A stretch of 64,000 bases of DNA from a virus. Of this stretch, positions 19,437-28,924 are shown in pieces (the stretch's first letter is position 1; each line of letters begins with the position of its first letter). The notes under the pieces are model-generated. The model searched no databases and was not told the DNA's origin. It worked only from the letters and a program-made list of their open reading frames with translations. A program made the translations under genes and the position numbers. The stretch is taken from the IMG/VR virus record IMGVR_UViG_3300045988_184127; one strand, written 5' to 3'.

Positions 19437-21080
19437 ATGGTATACGTGATTGGAATTGTAGCAGCCCTGATTATTCTCTTTGGATTTCTCTGCTACAAGA
19501 AAGCTCCGCCCACGGAGGCTATCGTTGTAACTGGCTTTGGCCTGTCTAAGCCTAAAGTGGTTTGCGGAAAGGGTACATTTGTTCTGCCCGTTCTTCAACG
19601 GGCTGACCGACTAAATATGCGCCTTTTGAAAATCGATGTCAAGACTCCTGAAACAGGTGTTAAGACGAAGAACGGCGTAAGTCTCTGGATTGACTCTGTT
19701 GTCACGATTCAAGTCTACAGCGAAAACTCTACCGTTCTGGATGAAGAAGTGAAGGCATCCGGTCTGAAAGACGCCAAGGCGTACATCATGTCCCGCCAGC
19801 AGGCAGCCATCTCGAACTTTCTCGGCATGAACGAGCAGGGCATCAATGACAAAGTCAATGACGTTCTGCAGGGCAATTTGCGAGAGATTGTCTCCGATAT
19901 GACCGTTGACCAAATTCTGACGAACCGCAAGCAGATGGCTGTGAGCGTTATCGAGAATGCTCGCCCCGACCTTGCTAAGATGGGACTTGAGGTTGTGACT
20001 TTTAATGTCCAGGACATCAGGGATGCAGTGGATGTTCAGGGCCACAATCACGGCGTTATCGAAGCTATCGGCATCGAACAGGAAGAGCTCGTAAAGAAAC
20101 AGGCTGAAATTGCCCGTGCTCAGGCTGCCCGTGATGTAGCCTGCGCGAAGGCCGATGCTGAGATGGCTGCAAATGCCAAGGAAGTTGAAGCGCAGACTGC
20201 GATTGCAAAACGCAACAATGAATTGCAGCTCGCCAAGGCAAAGCTGAAAGCTGAAGCTGATAAAGCTGCGGCTGACGCAGATGCTGCCGGTCAGATTCAG
20301 ATGAATCTCCGCGCCAAAGAAATCAAAGAAGCGGAAGCGGATGCTGAAATCGCCAAGCAGAAGAAAATGGTAGACCTTGCCGCACAGGAAGCCGAGGTCC
20401 AGCAACGCAAACTGGATGCGGAAGTCCGCAAACAGGCAGATGCTGACCTGTACCGCCGCCAGAAAGAGGCAGAAGCCAAGAAATATGAGGCGGAACGTGC
20501 AGCTGAGGCACAGAAGTTCTCCAAGCAGCAGGAAGCAGAAGGCATTGAGCTTGTCGGTAAGGCAGAAGCTGAAGCGATTCGTCAGAAAGGCTTGGCTGAA
20601 GCGGAAGCCATGAAACAGAAAGCAGAGGCATATAAGCAGTATAACGATGCGGCTGTGGCTGAAATGCTCATCAAGGTTCTTCCTGACATTGCCAAGAGCG
20701 TGGCTCAGCCTTTGTCCAGCATTGATAAGGTTTCTATCATTGGCGGTGATGCCTCCGGCGTATCCGGCGTTTCCGGGAACGTTCCTATCCTGATGGCTCA
20801 AACCATGCAGACGGTGAAAGAAGCGACCGGCATTGACATGGGCGAAATTGTCCGTGCCAACAGCATCCAGGCAAAGACAGACCGCAACATCAACATTATG
20901 ACTCAATGCGAACAGCCTGAGAATAACAAAGAGAAAGGAGGTGCCAAGGCAATGGAACGCGTAGAAGGCGGCTATCTGATTCATGAGAAGAATCTCAACG
21001 GTGAGGAAGTCACTCATTTTCGACCGGATGTGACCGAAGAAGAGAAGGCTATCATGAAAGACAAAAAGGCCAAAGATTAA
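19437..21080 (+). CDS. flotillin-like SPFH/band-7 protein (FloT/YuaG-like)
   Basis: N-terminal TM anchor, SPFH domain, long Ala/Glu-rich coiled coil (AEAEA repeats) typical of bacterial flotillins; 547 aa. Confidence 0.8.
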   Translation: MVYVIGIVAALIILFGFLCYKKAPPTEAIVVTGFGLSKPKVVCGKGTFVLPVLQRADRLNMRLLKIDVKTPETGVKTKNGVSLWIDSVVTIQVYSENSTVLDEEVKASGLKDAKAYIMSRQQAAISNFLGMNEQGINDKVNDVLQGNLREIVSDMTVDQILTNRKQMAVSVIENARPDLAKMGLEVVTFNVQDIRDAVDVQGHNHGVIEAIGIEQEELVKKQAEIARAQAARDVACAKADAEMAANAKEVEAQTAIAKRNNELQLAKAKLKAEADKAAADADAAGQIQMNLRAKEIKEAEADAEIAKQKKMVDLAAQEAEVQQRKLDAEVRKQADADLYRRQKEAEAKKYEAERAAEAQKFSKQQEAEGIELVGKAEAEAIRQKGLAEAEAMKQKAEAYKQYNDAAVAEMLIKVLPDIAKSVAQPLSSIDKVSIIGGDASGVSGVSGNVPILMAQTMQTVKEATGIDMGEIVRANSIQAKTDRNINIMTQCEQPENNKEKGGAKAMERVEGGYLIHEKNLNGEEVTHFRPDVTEEEKAIMKDKKAKD

Positions 21081-21200
21081 AGACAACATGAAAAGAGGGT
21101 GACTCGAAAGAGCCATCCTTTTTTCTGTTGTGACGCAAACGAAAAGTTCATGGTAGCCATCCAATTTGGGTGACTGTCTTTTTTGCATGTTAAGGCTTTG

Positions 21201-21228
21201 TTGCTGAATTGTGCGAATTGAAGATAAT
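21201..21228 (+). promoter_or_regulatory. conserved-module promoter P2
   Basis: TTGCTG-16 nt (aattGTGCGAATTGaa)-GATAAT then TAAAAAC. Confidence 0.55.
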
Positions 21229-21282
21229 TAAAAACAAAAGATGCTTTGTATCAAATCGATTGAAACCGAAGAGGTGAAGTTA

Positions 21283-22086
21283 ATGCTCGGCGTGAGTTTG
21301 ATTATCATAGCAGCGGCTATAGTCTACATGGTCGAAACCTATATCAGCACCTATTACACTATCGAATACATGCACGGAACATCGCTGTTCCTTATCCTCC
21401 TTGCGAAATATGGCACGCCAGTCCTGTTCCTGCTGCTCTGCGCCTACATTGCATATCGCAAATTCCTCAAAAAGCAGAAAGCTGCGGCTTCTGCTGCATC
21501 TGAACGGCCTACAAGCAAAGAAGAGCTGTATACCAACAAAATTCAAACGGCAGTAAAGACAAAAAGCGTCTTCTCAGAGCAGGCTGACCAAATGCTGTAT
21601 CAGGTACGGCGCTTCGGGCAAAAAATGGCCGTTGCCTACAGCATGACCCAGGATAGCAAGACATCCGGGGAACAAGCCAAGTGCCTAACGTTATTGGAAT
21701 CCGCAGAACGTATCTTCTATGACCGACTGGATGACGCGATTCGCTCGGCTTCAATGTTTGATGAAACGGAATACAAGGCTTTCTGTCAAGGCTCTATCTC
21801 GTTTGGAAACAAAGAAGAAGCGCAGAAAAAGAAAGAAATCTACAATGGTATCGTAAGTACCGTGGATAAGGTAGTTTATGACAATGAGCGCTTAATCCTC
21901 CGATTGGATTCTTTAGCATACGCTCTGAACCAACGTTCTGCCCAGAATCCGTGGGATACAGAGGTTGTGCTCGCAATGTCAAAGCTCGATGCTGTCATTA
22001 ACAAGACGACGCAGGATATTGAACAGGATGAAGATATCAGTCGTGAGGCTATGAAACGATATAACAACTTGAAAGGAGAAATTTAA
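21283..22086 (+). CDS. membrane-anchored hypothetical protein
   Basis: Start at MLGVSLIIIAAAIVYM with GAAGAGGTGAAG RBS; two N-terminal TM helices. Confidence 0.45.
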   Translation: MLGVSLIIIAAAIVYMVETYISTYYTIEYMHGTSLFLILLAKYGTPVLFLLLCAYIAYRKFLKKQKAAASAASERPTSKEELYTNKIQTAVKTKSVFSEQADQMLYQVRRFGQKMAVAYSMTQDSKTSGEQAKCLTLLESAERIFYDRLDDAIRSASMFDETEYKAFCQGSISFGNKEEAQKKKEIYNGIVSTVDKVVYDNERLILRLDSLAYALNQRSAQNPWDTEVVLAMSKLDAVINKTTQDIEQDEDISREAMKRYNNLKGEI

Positions 22087-22087
22087 C

Positions 22088-23782
22088 GTGACAAAAAAGA
22101 ACATTTTCCCTGTGGTTGCAACCATTGCTGTGGTAGGCGTTGTTCTCGGCGTGTTTTCGACGACTGTGCTGCGCGACTCGAATGTCAGCATCAGCACGAT
22201 GACTTCCGAGCAGGCATATGCCAACTTGAGCAGCAAGATGAAGCGCATCGGCGTGCAGGAGGTCAAGGTCAATCCTCAGCAGCTGGATGTCTCTGAATTC
22301 CTTGATGCAAAGGATGAACTGCCCGACATTGAATCCTCCTACCCATTCGTGGTCGTAGGAAACGGAGATGTGAACATCGAAATCTTTTCCTCTGGCGAGA
22401 AAGCAGCAGAGTCCGGCTCAGATTCTTTCCTGACCGAAATGGCAAAGAAGTTCAACGCCCAGCACAACAAGACTTCCGGAGACAAGACTATGAGTGTCTC
22501 CCTGCGCTCCATTCCGTCCGGTACGGCGGCTGAGTACATCTCGACGGGAAAGTATCAGCCCGAGTGCTATACCCCCTCAAATACGCTCTTTGGCGAGCTG
22601 GTGAAGAACGAGGGCGTAGAATTGACCGTTGAGGCTGACCGTCTGGTCGGCAATGTGGCGGGTATTCTCGTATCAAAGAAGACAGGGGATATGCTTCGCT
22701 CTGAATACGGTGAAGCTTCTGTTTCTTCCGTTCTGAACGCAACCATCGATGGCAAACTCATGATGGGATACTCGAACCCCTACACAAGTGCTACGGGTCT
22801 TAATTTTCTGCTTGAGGCTCTTGCGAGCAGCGGCAGCGATACGATTGTCGATACGGCTGCTGTTGAGAATTTCCAGAAATTTCAAGCGAACGTCCCTCTC
22901 GTATCCTTCACGACCCAGCAGATGGTCCAGTCGGCAGACAAGGGCATCGTGGACGGCGTTGTCATGGAGTATCAGTCTTATCAGAATGACCCGACCTTAC
23001 AGCGCAACTACGAGTTCATCCCGTTCGGTGTACGGCACGATAATCCTCTGTATTCCATCGGGAATGTCTCTGCGGAGAAGAAGGAAGTTATTGCTGCCTT
23101 CGTTTCCTTCTGCGCTCAGAACCAGGCAGAGGCGACCAAGGACGGATTCAATGGTCTTGACGACTATGCTTATACAGGCAAGGCATACGACGGCAACACC
23201 ATCGCACAGGCTCAGAGTGTCTGGAAAGAAGAGAAGGATTCCGGTATTCCTATTGTGGCAGAGTTCGTTGTCGATACTTCCGGCTCAATGCGCGGCGAAC
23301 CCCTGAATGCCCTGAAAACCGCGATGATAAACACCATCCAGTATATCAATGACGACAACTATATCGGCATCATTGGCTTTGATTCAGATGTCAGGGAATA
23401 CCTGCCCATTGACCAGTTCTCTCTGACCCAGAAAACTCTGTATAAGGGTGCCGTGAACTCCCTCGATGCGAACGGCAGCACCGCAATGTACAACGGTCTT
23501 TGCGTTGCTATGGACCGCATCTACCAGAAATCTCAGGAACTGGGTGGGAATTGCACGCCCATCATCTTTGTGCTCACGGACGGTGACAACAATACCGGAT
23601 ATGGATTCTCCGATACGAAGAACATCATTGCCGGTATGGATATCCCCATTTACACCATCAGCTACAACTACGCAGCGGATAGTCTTTCGGAGCTCGCTTC
23701 CATCAACGAAGCGGCAGCTATCGTCGGCAACAGCGAGGATATCACCTACAAGCTCCGCAACCTGTTTAACGCAGAGATGTAA
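22088..23782 (+). CDS. membrane-anchored von Willebrand factor type A (vWA) domain protein
   Basis: GTG start after AAGGAG RBS; N-terminal TM; C-terminal MIDAS motif VVDTSGSMRGEP...NGSTAMYNGL...TDGDNN. Confidence 0.7.
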   Translation: MTKKNIFPVVATIAVVGVVLGVFSTTVLRDSNVSISTMTSEQAYANLSSKMKRIGVQEVKVNPQQLDVSEFLDAKDELPDIESSYPFVVVGNGDVNIEIFSSGEKAAESGSDSFLTEMAKKFNAQHNKTSGDKTMSVSLRSIPSGTAAEYISTGKYQPECYTPSNTLFGELVKNEGVELTVEADRLVGNVAGILVSKKTGDMLRSEYGEASVSSVLNATIDGKLMMGYSNPYTSATGLNFLLEALASSGSDTIVDTAAVENFQKFQANVPLVSFTTQQMVQSADKGIVDGVVMEYQSYQNDPTLQRNYEFIPFGVRHDNPLYSIGNVSAEKKEVIAAFVSFCAQNQAEATKDGFNGLDDYAYTGKAYDGNTIAQAQSVWKEEKDSGIPIVAEFVVDTSGSMRGEPLNALKTAMINTIQYINDDNYIGIIGFDSDVREYLPIDQFSLTQKTLYKGAVNSLDANGSTAMYNGLCVAMDRIYQKSQELGGNCTPIIFVLTDGDNNTGYGFSDTKNIIAGMDIPIYTISYNYAADSLSELASINEAAAIVGNSEDITYKLRNLFNAEM

Positions 23783-23901
23783 CTCAAAAGCGCGGTTTTG
23801 TCCGCGCAGCTGCTCCAAAAGACAGCCTCCACGCGGCGAGCAGCGGGCAACGGGAGACAGTTCCGGCAAATTGTCTTTGAGACGGAAGGAGGAAGTGCCC
23901 T

Positions 23902-24291
23902 ATGCGAGTACAACAGGTTCCGAACTCACCCTATTTCATCCATTACGACGATGAGGGCTTTTGCTGTATATCCAAAAGCAGAGAAAGCCAAGAACCTATC
24001 CCGGAATCTGAGATGCAAGCGTTCCTTGATGCAGTAGCCAATGGCCTGCTTTATATCGAAAAGGAACGAAAGAGCAGATACCAGCGCATCGACGAGGCCG
24101 AAAAAGCAGCTTTTGCCAAAGGCGAAGCGAAAGGTAGGGAGGATGAGCTCCTTTCCACGGTTAGAGAACTGAAAGAAGTACAAGCGTCAAGAGCAGAGTA
24201 TGAGCGCAAGCTGCAATATGAAGTATATGCTCATCATACTTCGCACACCACGAAAACCGAGTGGGTTCGCCTTGGTCGTGGAGGATGGTGA
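23902..24291 (+). CDS. hypothetical protein
   Basis: 129 aa ORF with AGGAGGAAG RBS. Confidence 0.4.
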   Translation: MRVQQVPNSPYFIHYDDEGFCCISKSRESQEPIPESEMQAFLDAVANGLLYIEKERKSRYQRIDEAEKAAFAKGEAKGREDELLSTVRELKEVQASRAEYERKLQYEVYAHHTSHTTKTEWVRLGRGGW

Positions 24292-24557
24292 TTGACATGA
24301 TGGGAAGCATTCCGATTCCGAATACAAGATTTTATCTGACCAGCATCGATGGAAAAAAGTGGTTCGTAACAGAATACTACAGAACCGCACCATTTAACCC
24401 CGACAAAGAGACCTATGACTTGTACAAGGAGTTTGCGGAAGCATTCAGAAAGAACGAGATGGAGGAACAGGAGTTTCAGGAGGAGCTCAAAAAGGCCGTC
24501 AATAAAGCTTACGGAAACGGCTTATACGCCGGACGGCATAGTATTGATTTCGGCTGA
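24261..24557 (+). CDS. hypothetical protein
   Basis: 98 aa ORF overlapping previous stop; start uncertain. Confidence 0.3.
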   Translation: MGSPWSWRMVIDMMGSIPIPNTRFYLTSIDGKKWFVTEYYRTAPFNPDKETYDLYKEFAEAFRKNEMEEQEFQEELKKAVNKAYGNGLYAGRHSIDFG

Positions 24558-24603
24558 ACCGAACAAGAAAAGAAAAACGGCACAGGAAAGCGGCAGAACG
24601 AAT

Positions 24604-24849
24604 ATGAGCATAGCAAAAATCGAAACTGCATCAGGCGTAACGCTGCTTCTCAACGGCAAAACAGTTTTCGCCTCAGATGATACCTCATACTGGATGCAGG
24701 GGTCTAAAATCATCGACGAAAACGGTTGGATTTGTGGTAACGCCGAGACTATCCGAGATGCCCTGTGCATAGTCTTGGCAAAGTACGGCGGGCTAAAGGG
24801 AAACAGCGCAAGACAAACAAAACCAATAAAGGCGGTGAGAGCATGGTAG
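24604..24849 (+). CDS. small protein, tandem paralog 1 of 3
   Basis: MSIAKIETASGVTLLLNGKTVFASDDTSYW...; shares S/TGV-hydrophobic-NG-KT/S-W...G pattern with next two ORFs. Confidence 0.45.
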   Translation: MSIAKIETASGVTLLLNGKTVFASDDTSYWMQGSKIIDENGWICGNAETIRDALCIVLAKYGGLKGNSARQTKPIKAVRAW

Positions 24850-25034
24850 TATATACGAAATCAGGCGTGACGGTGAATTGCTGCAGTAATCTCTTCATTG
24901 CATCGGACGGCAAAACCTACAACCTCTGCGGCAGGATGCTGACATGCAGTGGCAAGGTCATTAGCTGCAACTGTCAGTCAAAAGAAGAAGCGCTGGGTAC
25001 GGTCGTGGGGCTGTACGGCGGTCGAAGATTCTAG
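24843..25034 (+). CDS. small protein, tandem paralog 2 of 3
   Basis: MVVYTKSGVTVNCCSNLFIASDGKTYNLCGRML...LYGGRRF. Confidence 0.45.
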   Translation: MVVYTKSGVTVNCCSNLFIASDGKTYNLCGRMLTCSGKVISCNCQSKEEALGTVVGLYGGRRF

Positions 25035-25045
25035 GGAGGTACAAT

Positions 25046-25255
25046 ATGCAAACGGTCATGACGAACAGCGGCGTCGAGCTGCGTGTTGAGAGCAACATCA
25101 TTTACACAACCGATTCGAAGGCATTCTGGCGCAGCGGGAACATGCTGGTCGGAAACGGTACGGTCATCAGCTACCAGTGCCGCTCGATGGATGAGGCGGT
25201 CGATATGGTTGCCGCCTTGTACAATGGCAGAAAAACCGAAGCAGCGCAAGCATAA
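25046..25255 (+). CDS. small protein, tandem paralog 3 of 3
   Basis: MQTVMTNSGVELRVESNIIYTTDSKAFWRSGNMLVGNG...ALYNGRK. Confidence 0.45.
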   Translation: MQTVMTNSGVELRVESNIIYTTDSKAFWRSGNMLVGNGTVISYQCRSMDEAVDMVAALYNGRKTEAAQA

Positions 25256-25274
25256 CCATCCTGCAAAAATATAT

Positions 25275-25310
25275 GCCGTTCACCTTTTTGGGTGGACGGC
25301 TTTTTGTTTT
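25275..25310 (+). terminator. rho-independent terminator
   Basis: gccgttcacctttttgggtggacggc + tttttgtttt. Confidence 0.6.
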
Positions 25311-25343
25311 GTGAATACAGCGATTCAGTGGCGAAGCGAGCCG

Positions 25344-25398
25344 ATTTTACCAGCAGTTTGATATTCTGCGGTATGATTTCCAGCGATTTGATATTCTA
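25344..25398 (+). promoter_or_regulatory. two direct copies of TTTGATATTCT(G/A)CGG operator-like motif (third copy at ~32118)
   Basis: ttttaccagcagTTTGATATTCTGCGGtatgatttccagcgaTTTGATATTCTACGG directly upstream of P3; ttttaccagtacTTTGATATTTTGTGG at 32116. Confidence 0.5.
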
Positions 25399-25405
25399 CG
25401 GGCAG

Positions 25406-25433
25406 TTGCACAGCTGTGCGAATTGAATACAAT
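25406..25433 (+). promoter_or_regulatory. conserved-module promoter P3
   Basis: TTGCAC-16 nt (agCTGTGCGAATTGaa)-TACAAT. Confidence 0.55.
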
Positions 25434-25778
25434 GGGAATTGGAGAACAAAAAGAGCGATGCAAGGATGTATTTGCTATAAATATGGCGGCTGTTTTTTGT
25501 ATTCATGAAACAACACGAAATTAAACGAAAGGCGAAGAGGATACAAGAAAAGACGAATGAAATCCGGCTGATGCGGATAAAACTTGCGCCGAGTAGTTTA
25601 AAGTCCGGACAATGGGACAGCTAAAGTGGTAGAATGATACTAGGAATATCTAAAATCAGACTTAATCGGAAAAACAAAAAAACATGAGTGAATGATTAGT
25701 TGCTAAAAAAGTAACTGCTCGCTTATATACCCGACCAAAAGAAATGACCCAAATCTGTTTAGGAAGGATAGACACAAA

Positions 25779-27377
25779 ATGGCACGAAGGAAAGCAAACG
25801 ACTTGGAAAATCAGATGTCGCTCATGGACATGATGGCATCGGAAAGCCCCGAATACACCGAGGAAGGTCCGGAAGAACTCTTGGACCCCGGCGAGGACAT
25901 GGGGGACAGTGAAGGGCAGACGGATAAGCCATTCAAACTCGTGGCGAACAAGACCACGAAGGGAAAGGCGAGCATCTCCACGCAGGCGCTGAGTGTTGTG
26001 AAGGCGATATATGCTGATACGGTCGAAACGAATTGGGAAGAGTTGTTTGACGGGTTCGACAGACTCTATGCTATCACTTTTTCGTCCGGAATCGAGTTCG
26101 TGAATAAGGTCATCAACAAGTTCTCGTATGCGGAAGTCGTGTTCGGATGCGAGAAAATCATCGCCACCGACATCGCTGCCATCATGTCGGTGCAAATCGA
26201 CAGCGTGCAGCAGCTCGCTAAGTCTAAGTCGGCAGGAAACCTTGCGAACCGCCTCGATGACGGGTCCTTACAACTGTATGTATCGCGGGACACGAAATCG
26301 CACGAGAAAATCTTCATCTTGGAGAGCGCTGACCGTAAGCGGGTCCGAGTCATCACTGGCAGTGCGAATATGTCGGCATCGGCGTTTTGCGGCATCCAGC
26401 GAGAGAATATCGTTTGCTTCGATGACGAGGCGGCATTTTCGCATTATAAGGCTCTGTTCGAGACCTTCAAGGAGACCTGCTCCGACAACGTTTCGTATAA
26501 GGCAGTCGTGAACACCATGAATCAGGAAGATTATCTGAAAGAGAACATCAAAGAAGTGCCCGTCTTCCAATCCATTGAAAAGCAGAAGCTTATCTTTTTG
26601 GAACAGGCGCAACCTGAGGACGAGGTAGAATACGAGATAGTCGCCGATGTCAAGAAGATGCAGGAGCTCGTCAAGCCGATTATGCCTAAGATGCCGGTAC
26701 AGGCGAATCGTATTGTGGTGGCAGCGGAACCGATGCGCGTTTTTACAAAAAGGTATACAGAAGTTCGTCGTGTGGCGGCTGAGGCAGTTAAGCAGCTTCC
26801 GAAACTGCATATCGACTATGATGCCGGGACCATGACCTTCAACGACGAGAATATCGACCTCAATCCGAATCTCAGCGAGGTGGCAAAGAACATCAAGAGC
26901 ATCCAAAAGTTCTTCTCAGGCATGGACTACTTTTACGGCGATGTCGAGCAAGCTAAAAAAGACTACTTTAAGTACATGACCTGGTATCTGGCTACTCCGT
27001 TCATGGCATATCTACGGTATTTTGCATCGAGGAACAACTACGATACCAAGCTGTTCCCGATGTATGGCGTTATATACGGCGACTCAAATGGCGGCAAGAC
27101 GACCTTTATCAAGTTCCTTGTCAAACTCATGTGCGGGGAGACCGTAAAGATGAACACAACGGAGGATTTTACAGCCACAAGAATCGATGGTCTCAAACGA
27201 GTTTGCGAGGGACTGCCGCTGAATATCGACGACCTCGCCAAGACCGTTCCTTCCGAGTTGAGAATAAAGCAATCGTGCTTGTCCTTTGCAACATCGATAC
27301 CAACAAAAATCATTTCTTTTTACCTCCGGCGTTTTATTTTACAGTGCTGCTTAGAGCCACACCTCTTTGCTATGTAA
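25779..27377 (+). CDS. PLD-like (HKD motif) nuclease domain + C-terminal P-loop NTPase protein, apparently C-terminally truncated
   Basis: SHEKIFILESADRKRVRVITGSANMS resembles HxK..D..GSxN phospholipase-D nuclease motif; YGDSNGGKTTFIKFL Walker A and LPLNIDDL Walker B ~90 aa before stop (SF3/VirE-like geometry but too short). Confidence 0.45.
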   Translation: MARRKANDLENQMSLMDMMASESPEYTEEGPEELLDPGEDMGDSEGQTDKPFKLVANKTTKGKASISTQALSVVKAIYADTVETNWEELFDGFDRLYAITFSSGIEFVNKVINKFSYAEVVFGCEKIIATDIAAIMSVQIDSVQQLAKSKSAGNLANRLDDGSLQLYVSRDTKSHEKIFILESADRKRVRVITGSANMSASAFCGIQRENIVCFDDEAAFSHYKALFETFKETCSDNVSYKAVVNTMNQEDYLKENIKEVPVFQSIEKQKLIFLEQAQPEDEVEYEIVADVKKMQELVKPIMPKMPVQANRIVVAAEPMRVFTKRYTEVRRVAAEAVKQLPKLHIDYDAGTMTFNDENIDLNPNLSEVAKNIKSIQKFFSGMDYFYGDVEQAKKDYFKYMTWYLATPFMAYLRYFASRNNYDTKLFPMYGVIYGDSNGGKTTFIKFLVKLMCGETVKMNTTEDFTATRIDGLKRVCEGLPLNIDDLAKTVPSELRIKQSCLSFATSIPTKIISFYLRRFILQCCLEPHLFAM

Positions 27378-27379
27378 CC

Positions 27380-27571
27380 TCGTTCTATATAAACCGTCTG
27401 GCGGTATCTAACTGATTAACACTAAAAACAAAGAGCCGTGGTTGGAGCCTTTCCGAAACCGTCTTGCGGTAGGAGGTTTAAACCAATCCACAGCACCTTG
27501 TCTATTGTAGCATTTTGTCCTTGGAGAGGGACTTTAATAACTACTACTTTATAATACGAGGAGTATCTTGC
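27380..27571 (+). ncRNA. candidate omega-RNA region for IscB
   Basis: ~190-nt non-coding stretch immediately upstream of iscB containing imperfect repeats accgtctggcggta / accgtcttgcggta; omega-RNAs are known to lie 5-prime of iscB. Confidence 0.3.
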
Positions 27572-28924
27572 ATGAGCACTTGCGTTTGTGTTCTCAGCAA
27601 CAGTGGTGAACGCTTAATGCCTACCATCCGTCTTGGCAAGGTACGCCGACTCTTGAAAGACGGAAAAGCAAAAATCGTTAAGCATCATCCTTTTACTATT
27701 CAACTGCTGTATGACAGCAAAACGAACACACAACCCATCGAAATCTGCGAAGACGTGGGCTACAACTACATCGGCATCAGCGTAAAAAGCGAATCCCACG
27801 AATATGTGTCTGCCCAGTATGATACATTACAGGATGAGAAAGCCTGCCACGACAGTTGTCGTAAGTTGCGCCGAACCCGCAGAAATAGACTGCGCTACCG
27901 TAAACCGCGCTTCGATAACCGCAAGCGCGGCGAAGGTTGGCTTGCTCCTTCTTTGAGGCATAAGAAAGAACTCAATGTCAACGTTGTCAAGATGTATTGT
28001 GCAGTAATGCCCATTACTCATGCAACGGTTGAGGTTGGTTCTTTTGATACGATGCTTGTAAAAGCAATTCAGGAGGGAAAAGCCATTCCTGAGGGAGCAG
28101 ACTACCAGAAAGGTCCCCGCTACAACTTGGCAACTTCGCGTGAGGCAGTGTTCTACCGTGATAATTACACCTGCCAAGTTTGTGGACGCAAAGTTGCGGA
28201 TGGTGCCATTTTACATATGCACCACATGTTCTACTGGAAAGGAAGACACGGCGACAGCCTGAACGAACTTCTAACGGTATGCGAAAAGTGCCATACACCT
28301 GCCAATCACCAAAAAAGCGGTAAGCTTTATGGCTTCGGAGAAAATGTAAAGTTTGCCGACCTTTCCGGTGCGGCTTTTATGAACACCGTTAGGTGGCAAA
28401 TTGTCAATGAACTCTACGCTGCTTTTGGAAAAGATTTTGTCACCATCACTTATGGCGCAATGACAAAAGAAAAGCGCATTGCGCTTCAACTTGAGAAAAC
28501 CCACAGCAATGATGCGTATGCAATGGGCGAGTTTCATCCAAACTGCCGCTGTACGTTTGAACATTATGAAAAGGTAAGGCGTAATAATCGCATCCTTGAA
28601 AAGTTTTATGATTCTCGCTACATTGACATTCGTACAGGAGAAATAGCTACTGGAAAAGAACTCTTCAACGGTAGAATTAACCGTAACCACAAAAAGGATT
28701 CGGAAAATTTGCACAGATACCGTGGCAAGAGGACATACGCAGGGCATCGCGCTCTATTACGCAAAAAGGTAAACCTTAATCCGGGTGATTTAGTCTCTCT
28801 CAACGGAGAAGTTCTCGTTGTGCATAGCACTCATACCAATAAAAAGGGTGCTGTAAATGTAGAATTCAAAACACCCGGAAAAGCGGTCAAAAATCTGCAA
28901 GCCTTAAAAAACTTAAAATTGTAA
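27572..28924 (+). CDS. iscB: IscB OMEGA RNA-guided nuclease (PLMP-RuvC-bridge helix-HNH-RuvC-TID)
   Basis: N-terminal SGERLMPTIRLGKVRRLLKDGKAKIVKHHPFTIQL (PLMP domain), ICEDVGYNYIGISV (RuvC-I), RKLRRTRRNRLRYRKPRFDNRKRGEGWLAPS (Arg-rich bridge helix), CQVCG...LHMHHM...CEKCH (HNH), HSNDAYAMG (RuvC-III). Confidence 0.8.
   Translation: MSTCVCVLSNSGERLMPTIRLGKVRRLLKDGKAKIVKHHPFTIQLLYDSKTNTQPIEICEDVGYNYIGISVKSESHEYVSAQYDTLQDEKACHDSCRKLRRTRRNRLRYRKPRFDNRKRGEGWLAPSLRHKKELNVNVVKMYCAVMPITHATVEVGSFDTMLVKAIQEGKAIPEGADYQKGPRYNLATSREAVFYRDNYTCQVCGRKVADGAILHMHHMFYWKGRHGDSLNELLTVCEKCHTPANHQKSGKLYGFGENVKFADLSGAAFMNTVRWQIVNELYAAFGKDFVTITYGAMTKEKRIALQLEKTHSNDAYAMGEFHPNCRCTFEHYEKVRRNNRILEKFYDSRYIDIRTGEIATGKELFNGRINRNHKKDSENLHRYRGKRTYAGHRALLRKKVNLNPGDLVSLNGEVLVVHSTHTNKKGAVNVEFKTPGKAVKNLQALKNLKL

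Noticed and set aside
19611-21188. 525-aa antisense ORF opposite the flotillin gene (and 20297-20631 antisense ORFs)
   Set aside because: The sense strand encodes a clear SPFH/flotillin with TM and coiled-coil domains. The antisense ORF is an artefact of GC-rich Ala/Glu repeat codons and has a low-complexity Leu/Phe/Cys composition.
27572-28924. Initial impression that IscB RuvC-I catalytic Asp was replaced (IGISVKS), implying a RuvC-dead nickase
   Set aside because: Re-aligning against the canonical IscB N-terminus places the catalytic Asp at EDVG (ICEDVGYNYIGISV matches LGIDPGRTNIGMSV). The RuvC-I Asp therefore appears present, and there is no basis to claim inactivation.
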